A stretch of DNA of 64,000 nucleotides from Patescibacteria group bacterium (GCA_024654625.1 JANLHB010000016.1:64137-128136); one strand, 5' to 3'. Numbered from the stretch's first letter, positions 54,765 through 64,000 are shown. Notes: a model not told the origin generated them from the sequence alone. A program made the numbers and translations.

Positions 54765-55793
54765 ATGTCGTGGACAAAATTTGAATCATTGCCGAATTAC
54801 TTCGGCGGAAAAAGAAAACTGGTGCAGGACATCTTCAAGCACATTAAGAAAAAAGATGGCGTGTTTATAGATGCATTTCTCGGCGGCGGCTCGGTGAGTT
54901 TATGGGCGAAAGCCAAAGGATACAAAGTCGTTTGCAACGACATTGCCGAGCGATCCGTTATTGTCGGCAAAGCTCTTATTGAAAACTCGCGGCATCAAAT
55001 CACCGATGAGGACCTAGCCCGCCTTTTTATAGAAACCAAACACAAAAGTTTTATTGAGCAAAACTATGTCCCAAAAGTATTCGTCAAACAAATCGCCGAA
55101 TTTTTGGACAACGCCTTCGTGATGGTTCGGGACAACTTTATTCCAGGAAGCACCAAGCAATATCTGATGTACCATCTTCTCATTAAATTTATTGGAAGCA
55201 CCCGGCAGTTCGGAAAATTCACACATACGAGAGACACCATCGACCTCTCAAACGAAAGCTATGATTGGCCGCTTCGTTCGAAATCCCACGCGCCAAAAAA
55301 CATCCGCATGATCGAGCACCCGCTGATTGGACTCTTGCATCTCAAGAATGTAATCAATCGCGGCATTTTTGATAACCATCAAGAAAACGAAGTTCACAAA
55401 GGAGATGTGTTTGATTTTTTGAAAAGAGCAAGCGGCGATGTGGTCTATTTTGACCCGCCCTATCCAGAATCAAGCGCATACGAAAATGAATACTATGTCC
55501 TTGATTGCATCTTGGCCGAAAAGAAAATCACGAAAGAAGTGAGCGTGTTTTCAAAGGCCGATGCTAAAATATTTCTCGAAAAAATGTTTGAGTGTTCACG
55601 GCATATTCCACAATGGATCATTTCGCTTGGCCAAACCAATCCCGATACTGGCATAAAACCAGATGAGCTTTTGAAGGTGGTGCGAAAATTCAGAAAAGCA
55701 GAGGTCGAAATGCTTGATCACAAATGGAGTGTGTCCAATGCCGGCGGCCGACCCCAAAGCGACAACATAGAGTACATCGTCTACACCCTATGA
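54765..55793 (+). CDS. N6-adenine DNA methyltransferase (Dam/D12 class)
   Basis: Motif I FIDAFLGGGSV and motif IV VVYFDPPY. Confidence 0.7.
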   Translation: MSWTKFESLPNYFGGKRKLVQDIFKHIKKKDGVFIDAFLGGGSVSLWAKAKGYKVVCNDIAERSVIVGKALIENSRHQITDEDLARLFIETKHKSFIEQNYVPKVFVKQIAEFLDNAFVMVRDNFIPGSTKQYLMYHLLIKFIGSTRQFGKFTHTRDTIDLSNESYDWPLRSKSHAPKNIRMIEHPLIGLLHLKNVINRGIFDNHQENEVHKGDVFDFLKRASGDVVYFDPPYPESSAYENEYYVLDCILAEKKITKEVSVFSKADAKIFLEKMFECSRHIPQWIISLGQTNPDTGIKPDELLKVVRKFRKAEVEMLDHKWSVSNAGGRPQSDNIEYIVYTL

Positions 55794-56050
55794 AATTTTT
55801 ATTGAGAAAAGTTAAAGAATTTATCAATTGGATTCGCGGGCTCTTCAAAGAATCGTCCGGCATTGCCATTTACGAGGTGCTCGCAATAACCCCGGGCAGA
55901 AACCGAGTATGGGTCAACTCAAGCGTTGGCGTGATTAAAAAACCAAACGGCTCGATCCCGTCAAAACTCCTCGATGAGTTTGGCGGATACAACCGGGAAC
56001 GCTATATGCGATTTATTTCACAAAAATTATGGCCTCAATCGACCAACTAA
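55790..56050 (+). CDS. hypothetical phage protein
   Basis: ATGA-coupled to the methyltransferase gene. Confidence 0.35.
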   Translation: MKFLLRKVKEFINWIRGLFKESSGIAIYEVLAITPGRNRVWVNSSVGVIKKPNGSIPSKLLDEFGGYNRERYMRFISQKLWPQSTN

Positions 56051-57981
56051 AAAAATACTACGAGGAATACGATGACGCGAAAAAACACTTCTTGTATTAC
56101 TACAAGCCCGAATTTGATCGCGCCTACAAGCAATTTGCCCAGTACACCGGCGACAGAGCCAAAGAGCTTGAACGGACAACCGAGGGAGATGTTTGGCAAT
56201 CGAACGCCTACTGGGGCCAAGTATTCGCCTACATCAAAATCTTCCTGCAAAAGACCATCGGCATGGCTCCCGATTTCAAGCTCGAGGGCAAAAACTCCGA
56301 ACCCTTAAAACAAGTCATTGACTGGTTGTGGGAGGTCGGCATGTCAGATGACTTGATCGACCACTTCCTGCAGACATTTATCTGCGGCACGAGCTTAGGC
56401 AAAGACATTTTGAAAAAAGAGGTGAGAAAAAGACGCAAAAAAGAAGTCGTCATGATCGAAGAGGAACCGCCGACGGGGCTCTTTGGAGAAATGGTCGGCA
56501 AGCTCAAATCTTTCTACAAAAAACTCACCACGAAATCCGAGGTTGCCAGCATCACTTTCCGTCCCGATTTTGAACCAGTGGATATGTATAATTGCTATCC
56601 GCATCCGAGGATGAAGAAGCTCTCGGACAAACTTCCACTTTTTCAACGCTATGTGCTGACGCTCGATGAAATGAAAGAGCAATATCCAAATGTTCCAAAA
56701 ACTTTTTGGAATCAATTCAGTGACAAATCCGGCAATGTGGTTTTGCAGGGCGGAGACATTACCGACTACGCATGGGTGAGAAAAGAAGTGCTGACCGAAG
56801 CGCGGCAAAACATTAGAGACACTAAAGCGTCAACTCCGTTCGGAGGCGGCGACACCGGCATACCGTCCGATCAGCCGCAGATGAAAGAAAAGCTATTCGA
56901 GGTGGTTGAGCGATGGGTTGACGACCACTTGGTCGTGTTTCTGCCAATGTCAGGGGTGCCAAAAGAGATCAAGGACATCGACAATCCCTATGACCATAAC
57001 GAAAAACCATACAAGAGAATCGTCTTCTTCCCGAGGCCGTTCCAGTTTTACGGATTTGGCATTGTGAAGCTCGTGGAAAAACTTCAGGACTTACTGAACT
57101 CGGTCGTAAACCAGCGCGTGGATTCGGTCACTTTGAAAATGCACAGCATGATAGCCGCCGCGCCAGTGTCCCTAACAGGACGCAGAAAAGGCATAAATAT
57201 CCGGCCACTCGGTATTTTATGGACAAACGATCCGAACTCCATACGAGAGCTGAAATTTGGAGATGTGAATCCGTCCGCCTATCTTGAGCCAGACAAGATC
57301 AAGGAGATGATGCGGGTGATTATCGGCATAGATGACTACTCGACGCTCAAAGGAACTGACCGCAAAGAAACCGCCACCGTCGCATCGTTCATGCGCGAAG
57401 CAACTCTTGAAGGAGTGAAGCTATTTCTCATCATGATGCGAAATGCCTACACCGGCCACTTTGACCATTGGATTTCGATGATTAAGCAGTTCTGGACTAG
57501 GCGAAGCGTTGTGCCGAAAAAAGCCCTTGCCATTATCGATGACTTTGCCGACACGGACTTCACTCCGCTCGAGGAGAGCTGGATCGGAGAGAACGGAGAG
57601 CATCTGCTTTTCAATGATGAATACGAACTCTCCATCGAGGCCTCGTCTACGCTTGCCACTTCAACCGAACTCAAAAAAGCGAAGGATTTGGAACTTTGGG
57701 AATTAGTCAAAGATGCCGGCGACATGATTGACGAGGAGTCCGGCCAAATTTACAGCATCAAGAAATTCAAGATTTTAATGAAAGTCATTGATGACTACGG
57801 CTGGGAAGCGGAAAACTATGTCGTGCCAAGACAGATTCCGCAAGAGGTCGTTGATAACCAAGCAATACCGCCCGCGGCTCCGCCCGCAGGGTCACCGCCG
57901 GCAGAGGTCCCGGCGCCCCGAGCCCCGTCCTTAGCTGGACGGCGAGCAGGAGGAGAATTGGCGGCGGCATTAAGACAATAA
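56029..57981 (+). CDS. putative portal protein
   Basis: A 650-aa protein at the portal position, downstream of the terminase and upstream of scaffold and capsid. It has a Pro/Ala-rich C-terminal tail. No motif-level confirmation. Confidence 0.4.
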   Translation: MASIDQLKKYYEEYDDAKKHFLYYYKPEFDRAYKQFAQYTGDRAKELERTTEGDVWQSNAYWGQVFAYIKIFLQKTIGMAPDFKLEGKNSEPLKQVIDWLWEVGMSDDLIDHFLQTFICGTSLGKDILKKEVRKRRKKEVVMIEEEPPTGLFGEMVGKLKSFYKKLTTKSEVASITFRPDFEPVDMYNCYPHPRMKKLSDKLPLFQRYVLTLDEMKEQYPNVPKTFWNQFSDKSGNVVLQGGDITDYAWVRKEVLTEARQNIRDTKASTPFGGGDTGIPSDQPQMKEKLFEVVERWVDDHLVVFLPMSGVPKEIKDIDNPYDHNEKPYKRIVFFPRPFQFYGFGIVKLVEKLQDLLNSVVNQRVDSVTLKMHSMIAAAPVSLTGRRKGINIRPLGILWTNDPNSIRELKFGDVNPSAYLEPDKIKEMMRVIIGIDDYSTLKGTDRKETATVASFMREATLEGVKLFLIMMRNAYTGHFDHWISMIKQFWTRRSVVPKKALAIIDDFADTDFTPLEESWIGENGEHLLFNDEYELSIEASSTLATSTELKKAKDLELWELVKDAGDMIDEESGQIYSIKKFKILMKVIDDYGWEAENYVVPRQIPQEVVDNQAIPPAAPPAGSPPAEVPAPRAPSLAGRRAGGELAAALRQ

Positions 57982-57985
57982 ATTT

Positions 57986-58342
57986 ATGGCTCACACTGAC
58001 GAATTAAAAAAAGTAAAAGGAACGAAAATGCCGGCGGTTGAAAAACCGTCCGAGCCGAAGCGCGAATTGCCTCGCGTGACTTTTACCGCCGATGATGTTC
58101 CAGAAATCAAGGATTGGAAAATTGGTGGCAAATATTATCTCGAACTTGAAGTTGAGCAGGTTGCGGCGGAAAAAGACCGCTACGGATACGAGGGCGAAAA
58201 AGAAAGGCCGCTCACTGCGACATTTAAGGTAATGGCGGTGAAAGCTCTGAACCACGAGTCCAAAAAAGAAAACTCCGATGGTGAGAAGAAGAAAAAAGAG
58301 ATCGAGTTCGGCAATTACAAAAATCCGAATCGCATTGGCTAA
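57986..58342 (+). CDS. hypothetical phage protein
   Basis: ORF in the structural module. Confidence 0.4.
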   Translation: MAHTDELKKVKGTKMPAVEKPSEPKRELPRVTFTADDVPEIKDWKIGGKYYLELEVEQVAAEKDRYGYEGEKERPLTATFKVMAVKALNHESKKENSDGEKKKKEIEFGNYKNPNRIG

Positions 58343-58346
58343 ATCT

Positions 58347-58601
58347 ATGAACGAACACAATTACACACTCAATAAAGAAAGCGAGCAGGATTTGGTGAAT
58401 CTGTATGAGACGAAATATTTTCGCGCCTTGCAGGCATTGGTGGACGAGGAATTGGACGGCACTAAAACCTGCATGCTCAATAAGAATTTGAGCGCGGACG
58501 ATTTGCGATTTTATCAAGGCCGCGCCGAGGGACTAGCGGTCGTTCTTATAAGAATCAAGGCCTTATACGAAGAGGCAATGAGAGAACCTAAAAATCAATA
58601 A
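58347..58601 (+). CDS. hypothetical phage protein
   Basis: ORF. Confidence 0.35.
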   Translation: MNEHNYTLNKESEQDLVNLYETKYFRALQALVDEELDGTKTCMLNKNLSADDLRFYQGRAEGLAVVLIRIKALYEEAMREPKNQ

Positions 58602-58602
58602 T

Positions 58603-58764
58603 ATGCCATACGGACTTCCCAAAAAATTGAATACTTCCGCCAACGATGCCAAGGTCGAGCGTTGCGTTGAGGAGAATATGGCGAAAGGAATGGAAAAAGA
58701 ACTCGCCATCCGTATTTGCAAAGCATCAATCATGGGCACAACTAAAAGGTCGAAGAAAAAATAG
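58603..58764 (+). CDS. 53-aa hypothetical protein
   Basis: ATGA-coupled small ORF. Confidence 0.25.
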   Translation: MPYGLPKKLNTSANDAKVERCVEENMAKGMEKELAIRICKASIMGTTKRSKKK

Positions 58765-58894
58765 GTTTTCCGCGAGAGGTTCAACTCGGCGCTTTATGAG
58801 AATCGAGTTGAGCCTCTTAGCGAGGTTCTGCGGACGCCTCCCTTCTGAGGTCAAAAGGAAGGAAGAAGCAATCCGTGTAAATTAATCAAATCCT

Positions 58895-59794
58895 ATGACG
58901 AAAGAAACCAAAGCGGACGCCATCCCGAAAGACGACAAAGAAACCTTTGACGATCTTGTCGGGAAGGACCAATCCGCAAAAGAATCTTCGGACACTCCCA
59001 AAGAGGGAGAACAATCCGATAAAAAACCAGACGCCGCGGGTGAAAAACCCGAGGAGAAATCTGGCGAAACTCCCGGCGAAGAGGGAGAAAGTCCTGAAGG
59101 CGAAACGCCCAAAAAAGGCGGGGAACCCGAAGGCGAAAAACTCTTCTGGGACAAGTTTAAGAGTGAGTCCGACGCCAAGAAATCTTATGGCGAAGCCCAG
59201 GGAAAAATTATCGAGCAGGGCAAGGAGTTGAACGAACTCAAAACCCACGCCAAAGAAAATGAAGATTTTCTGGCGACGCTCGATAAAGCTCTGCTCAAAA
59301 ATCCCGAACTTGCCGAACAGCTGAAGTCGGTCATTGCCGGCGAAGCCAAAGGCGAGGAAGAGGACGAAGAGCCAGAAGAGGGCGCTCAAGATAAGGATCT
59401 CGACGCGAAAATCGAGCGAAAGCTCGAGGAGCGTGAGAACCGGGTCAAAATCAAGCGCGAGCGGGACGCATGGATCGAAAAGCATCCAGAATTTAAAAAG
59501 CCCGAAATCGGACATAAGGTTCTGGACTTGCTTGAAGAAGAGGGTTTGCCTTTCACCGCTAAAACTTTGGATATCGCATACAACTATGTGACCAAAGAAA
59601 GCCAAGTGAAAAAGGCAAAGGATGAGACAGCCAAAGAAACCGCGAAGCGCGAAGAGGCGGCCGCTCTCGAGCGAGAAGAGGCGTCAGCCGTTGGCGGCGG
59701 ATCACCGCAAGCCAAAGGCAAAGTCCCCCAAGATGCGAATCCATTCGATGATCTTGTGGGTGATTCAGTAAATCCAAACATAGTGCGGACATAA
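58895..59794 (+). CDS. putative scaffolding protein (highly charged Lys/Glu-rich, helical)
   Basis: The composition is charged and helical. It has an FDDLVG motif at both the N- and C-termini and lies immediately upstream of the capsid gene. Confidence 0.45.
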   Translation: MTKETKADAIPKDDKETFDDLVGKDQSAKESSDTPKEGEQSDKKPDAAGEKPEEKSGETPGEEGESPEGETPKKGGEPEGEKLFWDKFKSESDAKKSYGEAQGKIIEQGKELNELKTHAKENEDFLATLDKALLKNPELAEQLKSVIAGEAKGEEEDEEPEEGAQDKDLDAKIERKLEERENRVKIKRERDAWIEKHPEFKKPEIGHKVLDLLEEEGLPFTAKTLDIAYNYVTKESQVKKAKDETAKETAKREEAAALEREEASAVGGGSPQAKGKVPQDANPFDDLVGDSVNPNIVRT

Positions 59795-59849
59795 CTCGGC
59801 GGAGATTGAGGTCTTCTTACCGGGAGAATCCGCAAACAGCTAAACGCAT

Positions 59850-61070
59850 ATGGCAGAACCAACACACATACAGGGAACGAGAGACACTCTCATTATTGAG
59901 CAATCTCGGCGCATCCCCGATGTAGATGACAGAATCTACATTCTTGAACCGAACGAATCTCCATTGACCGCTTTTCTTACGCAAGTGGGAAAGATCGGCG
60001 ACGGAGGCGGGAAGTTCAGAGGAACCGCGCTTCAAAAGAGAGGCATTCATAATCCAGAGTTTACCGAATACGAAGATCAGTACTCCGGCGTCTGGGCGCA
60101 GATTAACAACGCCGCCGGCTATACTTCCGGCGCCACCGCTCTTGTTGTTGATAATCCGGGAGCCGCAATCTTCACCAAGTACGACCTCGTGAAAGTAGTC
60201 CGAACGGGCGAAATCATGCGAGTCACTTCGGTGAACTACTCCACGAACACCTTGACGGTAACTCGTGGGGCGGGCGCGACTGCGGCCGCGGCAATTCTCG
60301 ACAACGATTGGCTTCTCGTTATCGGTCCGGCGTTCGAAGAAGGTTCGAAGTCCGGCGATTCCAACACGACTAAGCTCGTGAAGGTCACGAACTATACCCA
60401 AATCTTCAAAACGAAATTTGGCGTGACTCTTACCGCCGACGCTTCGAAACTCTATCCGGCCGAAGTCGCCAAAGACCTTAAGTACTTGAGAGCCAAATAC
60501 GGAATTGAGCACGCCAAGAAAATTGAGCGGGCTTACTGGTTTGGCGAGAAGAAAGAGGTTGTCGGTCCAGACAACAAGCCGCTTCGCTTGACCGGCGGAA
60601 TCTTGGAAGCGATCAACTCCGCGGGCAATGTCCAGGACGAAGCGTCCTCGGGCTTGACCGAATCGGAGTTCCGAAACTTCCTGCGCGATTACGCCTTCAA
60701 GTTCGGCTCGTCCGAGAAGTACTTCTTCTGCGGCAACATTGTTCTGGGTTATTTGGAGAGTTTCTCTGCGAATAACTTGAGGACAGTTCCCGGCGAGAAA
60801 ACCTACGGCGTGGAAGTGCGCAAGTGGATCTCCTCGTTCGGCGCGTTGAATATCGTTCGGCATCCAATGTTTGATAATCAGTACTCCGGCATGGGCGTGG
60901 TGCTTGACCTCGGAACGGTTAAGCATTGCCCGCTTGCCAACCGCGACACGGCATTGGAAACGAGCATTCAGGAAAACGACGCTGACGAGCAGGTGGATCA
61001 GTACAAATCCGAAGTCGGTCTTCAGAGAACGAACTTCGAGAAAAACGCGCTTCTCAAAGGAGTCGTCTAA
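59850..61070 (+). CDS. putative major capsid protein
   Basis: A 406-aa protein directly after the scaffold gene. Assignment is by position and size only. Confidence 0.45.
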   Translation: MAEPTHIQGTRDTLIIEQSRRIPDVDDRIYILEPNESPLTAFLTQVGKIGDGGGKFRGTALQKRGIHNPEFTEYEDQYSGVWAQINNAAGYTSGATALVVDNPGAAIFTKYDLVKVVRTGEIMRVTSVNYSTNTLTVTRGAGATAAAAILDNDWLLVIGPAFEEGSKSGDSNTTKLVKVTNYTQIFKTKFGVTLTADASKLYPAEVAKDLKYLRAKYGIEHAKKIERAYWFGEKKEVVGPDNKPLRLTGGILEAINSAGNVQDEASSGLTESEFRNFLRDYAFKFGSSEKYFFCGNIVLGYLESFSANNLRTVPGEKTYGVEVRKWISSFGALNIVRHPMFDNQYSGMGVVLDLGTVKHCPLANRDTALETSIQENDADEQVDQYKSEVGLQRTNFEKNALLKGVV

Positions 61071-61210
61071 ACGGAAGCGTGATCCCGGCTTTCTTACTCA
61101 ACGGGATATCAGGCGTTGCCCTGACCATCTGATGCTGATTTGTTTCGGCGTCAGTGGTTAGGGTGACGCGTTGAGAGGTCGCAACGAACGATCACTTAAA
61201 AGTCAAAGCC

Positions 61211-61627
61211 ATGCCAACACCGAAATACAGCGAAAAAGAGCTTTTGAATCTCATCCTTGATGAGGTCAATCAAGCGATTAAACAGCGGAGAGTAAATCCG
61301 ATTCTTACTTCGGAATTGCTCGCATCGGGCGCGCGGACAGTGTCGGGCGAAGGATCTTCCATTGATCTCGGAAATACCAGAGAACTTATTGTGACTCTGG
61401 ATGTATCCGCGGCCAGCGGAACATCGCCGACGCTCGATGTAAAACTTCAGCATTCTCCCGACGGATCAATGTGGTCTGACTTGGGCACCGCGTTTGCCCA
61501 AAAAACAGGCGTAAGTCGAGAGGTCAAGGTGTTCACCCAATATCACCGCTATGTGAAAGCGGTTTACACCATCGCGGGCACATCGCCGAGCTTTACCTTT
61601 TCGGTCGAGGCGACGGCGAAAGAATAA
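61211..61627 (+). CDS. hypothetical structural protein
   Basis: ORF. Confidence 0.4.
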   Translation: MPTPKYSEKELLNLILDEVNQAIKQRRVNPILTSELLASGARTVSGEGSSIDLGNTRELIVTLDVSAASGTSPTLDVKLQHSPDGSMWSDLGTAFAQKTGVSREVKVFTQYHRYVKAVYTIAGTSPSFTFSVEATAKE

Positions 61628-61646
61628 ATTAACCACAAAAATTCCC

Positions 61647-62009
61647 ATGACATTATTTAATTCACGCATCAAAACTTTGCGAATCGTCTTGACGCCATCG
61701 CGGCCGATTTACGAGCAGGGCGTCCGGCTCGGCGATACGCAGGGAAAGTATGTCCAATTTGAGAACGGGCGTTTTCAAACGGACGACAATGAAACTATCG
61801 AGAAATTGCAAAAACTCCCCAACTTCGGAGTTGATTTCTGGAAAGTTTCCGATGAGCCGGCAAAGCCGCAAGAACCGCAGGCAAACCAAGAAAGCGATCT
61901 TGGATCGCTGACTAAGCAGGAGCTTATCGAGCTTGCGAAGTCAAAAAACATAGAGGTCGATGAAGGCCTAACCAAGGTAGAAATTATCGCGCGTCTCAAG
62001 ACGCAATAA
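61647..62009 (+). CDS. hypothetical protein with Rho-N/SAP-like C-terminal helix-hairpin (LTKQELIELAKSKNIEV)
   Basis: Motif-level evidence only. Confidence 0.35.
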   Translation: MTLFNSRIKTLRIVLTPSRPIYEQGVRLGDTQGKYVQFENGRFQTDDNETIEKLQKLPNFGVDFWKVSDEPAKPQEPQANQESDLGSLTKQELIELAKSKNIEVDEGLTKVEIIARLKTQ

Positions 62010-62014
62010 ATCCT

Positions 62015-62284
62015 ATGGATTACAAAATCGTAAAAATCGAAAAAACAAACGACGGCATTGAAGTAGAGGTGCAGTTCCTCGAGGACGAGGAAGTCGTTGA
62101 TTCCAGAAAATACCTCTACAACGCATCGCTCGAGCAGGATGAGTTGGAATCAGCAGTGAGAAAAGACGCGGAAGGAGTAATCGCCGATTATGAACTCCGC
62201 GCTGAAAATGCAGAAAGAGATCGGCGAGAAAAAGAGGTCGACACGAAAGTCGAGGGATTAAAAGAATCCTTTGACTTGGAATAG
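62015..62284 (+). CDS. hypothetical phage protein
   Basis: ORF. Confidence 0.35.
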   Translation: MDYKIVKIEKTNDGIEVEVQFLEDEEVVDSRKYLYNASLEQDELESAVRKDAEGVIADYELRAENAERDRREKEVDTKVEGLKESFDLE

Positions 62285-62313
62285 AGGTCAAATAAATTAA
62301 TTAAATCAATACC

Positions 62314-62886
62314 ATGACTAATCTTGAAAAAAAGGGAACATTCCGTCTCAAACAGAATATTGAATATGTTCTGCGGGACAAAAACGGCAAAGTAAAACAG
62401 CTTTGGAACGAGAACGCGCTTGCCCGATTCTTCAGAGAAGAACTCGGCATCAGTTTGCCTCGCATCCCGTTGCTCTTCGGTTTCTGGGGCCTGACTCTTA
62501 ACATTCACAACCTCGTTGTGAATGCAGGCATGGCCGGCGTTGCTTCCCGAATCAACGGAGCTGGCGGCGAAGCGGCATTCACCTTCATTGCTATCGGCAC
62601 TGGAGTTGTTGCACCGGCGGCTGGCGATACCACGCTTGGCACAGAAATCACCACCGGCGGCGGCGCTCGAGCGGCGGCAACTGCATCCCGAGTCACGACA
62701 GATGTGACGAACGATACGGCCCAGCTCGTGCTGACATTCAACTTCACCGCTTCTTTTGCGGTGACCGAATCCGGCGCGCTCAACGCGGCCGCGGCAGGCG
62801 TCCTGCTTGCTCGCCAGACCTTCAGCGCGATCAATGTCGCCAACGGCGACAGCTTGCAGGTCACTTGGAAGTTCGATGTCGATTAA
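62314..62886 (+). CDS. Gly/Ala/Thr-rich putative structural protein
   Basis: Composition. It is preceded by the AGAGGTCAAA variant of the intercistronic motif. Confidence 0.4.
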   Translation: MTNLEKKGTFRLKQNIEYVLRDKNGKVKQLWNENALARFFREELGISLPRIPLLFGFWGLTLNIHNLVVNAGMAGVASRINGAGGEAAFTFIAIGTGVVAPAAGDTTLGTEITTGGGARAAATASRVTTDVTNDTAQLVLTFNFTASFAVTESGALNAAAAGVLLARQTFSAINVANGDSLQVTWKFDVD

Positions 62887-62975
62887 TAGTGAAGTTTGAG
62901 GTCAACTTCAGAAATCAAAGCCCGATGAAAAAGTTTGAAAATTGGGCTTTCTCATCGTTGGTTTATTGTCCCTGA

Positions 62976-63362
62976 ATGCCGATAAAAGCGTTCAAAATTT
63001 GGTATAGCGACAAAACCTTTGATTCCGCGCAAGCAACGGCAAAGGATATTTTTGGCGCGTGGAAAGAAGCCCCAGACCAGGATATCCAAGTGGTCGTATT
63101 TTACTTTGACGAAAACGACGGACTGGGGCGTCCCGCAAGAAGATATATGCGCGGTCAGGATTTTTACGCAATGGATGGCGAGGAGAATCTTTCTGAGAGT
63201 TTTGACGATATTACGAAAATTAAGGGCGAAGTGAAATATGGGAAGTACACCACTGATGAAAACATTTCCAAAATTGAAGTTGAGTCTCTCGGCGATTATG
63301 GCGAGGGTTGGCTGTGGTCGAAGCCAGTGACACACATTCAAGGCATAAAAACCGACATTTGA
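62976..63362 (+). CDS. hypothetical phage protein
   Basis: ORF. Confidence 0.4.
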   Translation: MPIKAFKIWYSDKTFDSAQATAKDIFGAWKEAPDQDIQVVVFYFDENDGLGRPARRYMRGQDFYAMDGEENLSESFDDITKIKGEVKYGKYTTDENISKIEVESLGDYGEGWLWSKPVTHIQGIKTDI

Positions 63363-63363
63363 T

Positions 63364-64000
63364 ATGGCTACTTACATACTAAAAGCAAAAACTTCGGACT
63401 TGTCTGGCGGCGCTGATTTCAACCGAGAGATTTCTGCCGATGCTGAAACAGCAGGTTCGATTACCGTAACAGTTGCTAACGGCGCAACTGAAACGAGCTA
63501 CGGATTTACCAAGCCATATAAACCCAATAACGCTGACTGGGAAACCGCTACACTTGTTGCCGAGGTTCGCGTAACGACTGCAAACGCCAATATGTTTGTG
63601 AAAGCCAGCGCCTCGCGTCTTAATAGTGCTGGTGCAGTTCAAGAAACTTCGGGAGAAAGCGCCGAGGTGCAATTAGACCTTGTCGGCACATATGGATTGA
63701 CAATTCCAAGCATGAATTGGACGGCTGGCAATTGTACCGACCGCCTCCGCATCAATTATATTTTTAGAAGCGCCAATGCTCACGGAGGCGCAATTAATGT
63801 TGTGATTGAAACTGGCACAATCCAAGCTGAAGTCACAACTTCTATCACCGAGAACGCAGGAACTTGCCGAGCTACCTTCGTCAAGAATCTTCGTCAATAC
63901 AAGCCCGACCACAAAACCATTATCGCCGAGGGCGGCAGTACGGGCGGCGATGGCGTTTCAAATAATATTTATCTCGATTCGCTCATTGCTTCGCGCGACA
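63364..64000 (+). CDS. 5' part of a structural protein gene that runs off the window
   Basis: ATG at 63364 with no stop to the window edge in that frame. The strand is consistent and the composition is Ala/Thr/Gly-rich. The gene is not in the ORF track because it is open-ended. Confidence 0.45.
   Translation, partial: MATYILKAKTSDLSGGADFNREISADAETAGSITVTVANGATETSYGFTKPYKPNNADWETATLVAEVRVTTANANMFVKASASRLNSAGAVQETSGESAEVQLDLVGTYGLTIPSMNWTAGNCTDRLRINYIFRSANAHGGAINVVIETGTIQAEVTTSITENAGTCRATFVKNLRQYKPDHKTIIAEGGSTGGDGVSNNIYLDSLIASRD

Noticed and set aside
44903-63912. Many antisense ORFs of 60-370 aa in the phage-like region, for example 46315-46737, 47124-47597, 47578-48048, 58886-59605, 59817-60926, 62505-62864 and 63379-63912.
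   Set aside because: Higher GC depletes stop codons, so long antisense frames are expected. Every plus-strand partner has either recognisable motifs (DnaC, Cas4-like, TerL, Dam) or consistent ATGA coupling. A single-strand gene orientation is typical of phage modules.

Overview
The window has two compositionally distinct parts. (1) Positions ~1-44,100 are AT-rich (about 30% GC by eye) and densely coding, mostly on the + strand. Most of this is a large cell-surface glycan or glycoconjugate biosynthesis island running to ~39 kb. It encodes four GT4 and three DPM1-like GT2 glycosyltransferases, one GT9 (heptosyltransferase-like) enzyme, and at least eight multi-pass GT-C/PMT-ArnT-like membrane glycosyltransferases. 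Four of those are tandem paralogues with a hypervariable C-terminal domain. The island also carries a Wzx-like flippase, an O-antigen-ligase/TPR protein, four class-I SAM methyltransferases, two CE4 deacetylases, a B12-binding radical-SAM enzyme, a ferredoxin and an NDP-sugar epimerase. Housekeeping murB and secA follow it. Embedded at ~17.06-21.85 kb is a cassette of noticeably higher GC: the GT9 enzyme plus three radical-SAM/SPASM proteins. Each of these four genes is monocistronic, with a near-identical promoter and 5' leader and its own rho-independent terminator, and the cassette is flanked by the two closest GT2 paralogues. (2) From ~44,100 to the window end the sequence switches abruptly to about 50% GC. 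All genes there are on the + strand and the content is phage-like. It includes an HTH protein, a Cas4-like PD-(D/E)xK exonuclease with a putative annealing partner, a replication-initiator/DnaC-like loader pair, a tiny protein ending in the SSB C-terminal tail motif DDIPF, a KH-domain protein, a ParB-like nuclease, small and large terminase, a DPPY (Dam-class) N6-adenine methyltransferase, and portal, scaffold, capsid and further structural genes that run off the window. No integrase, tRNA or CRISPR array is visible in the window. A recurrent intercistronic motif (TAA)AGGTCGAA ~35 nt upstream of start codons is over-represented in the phage part. There is also a candidate structured ncRNA rich in GNRA tetraloops. 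All functional calls rest on motif-level reading of the translations; no database search was possible.
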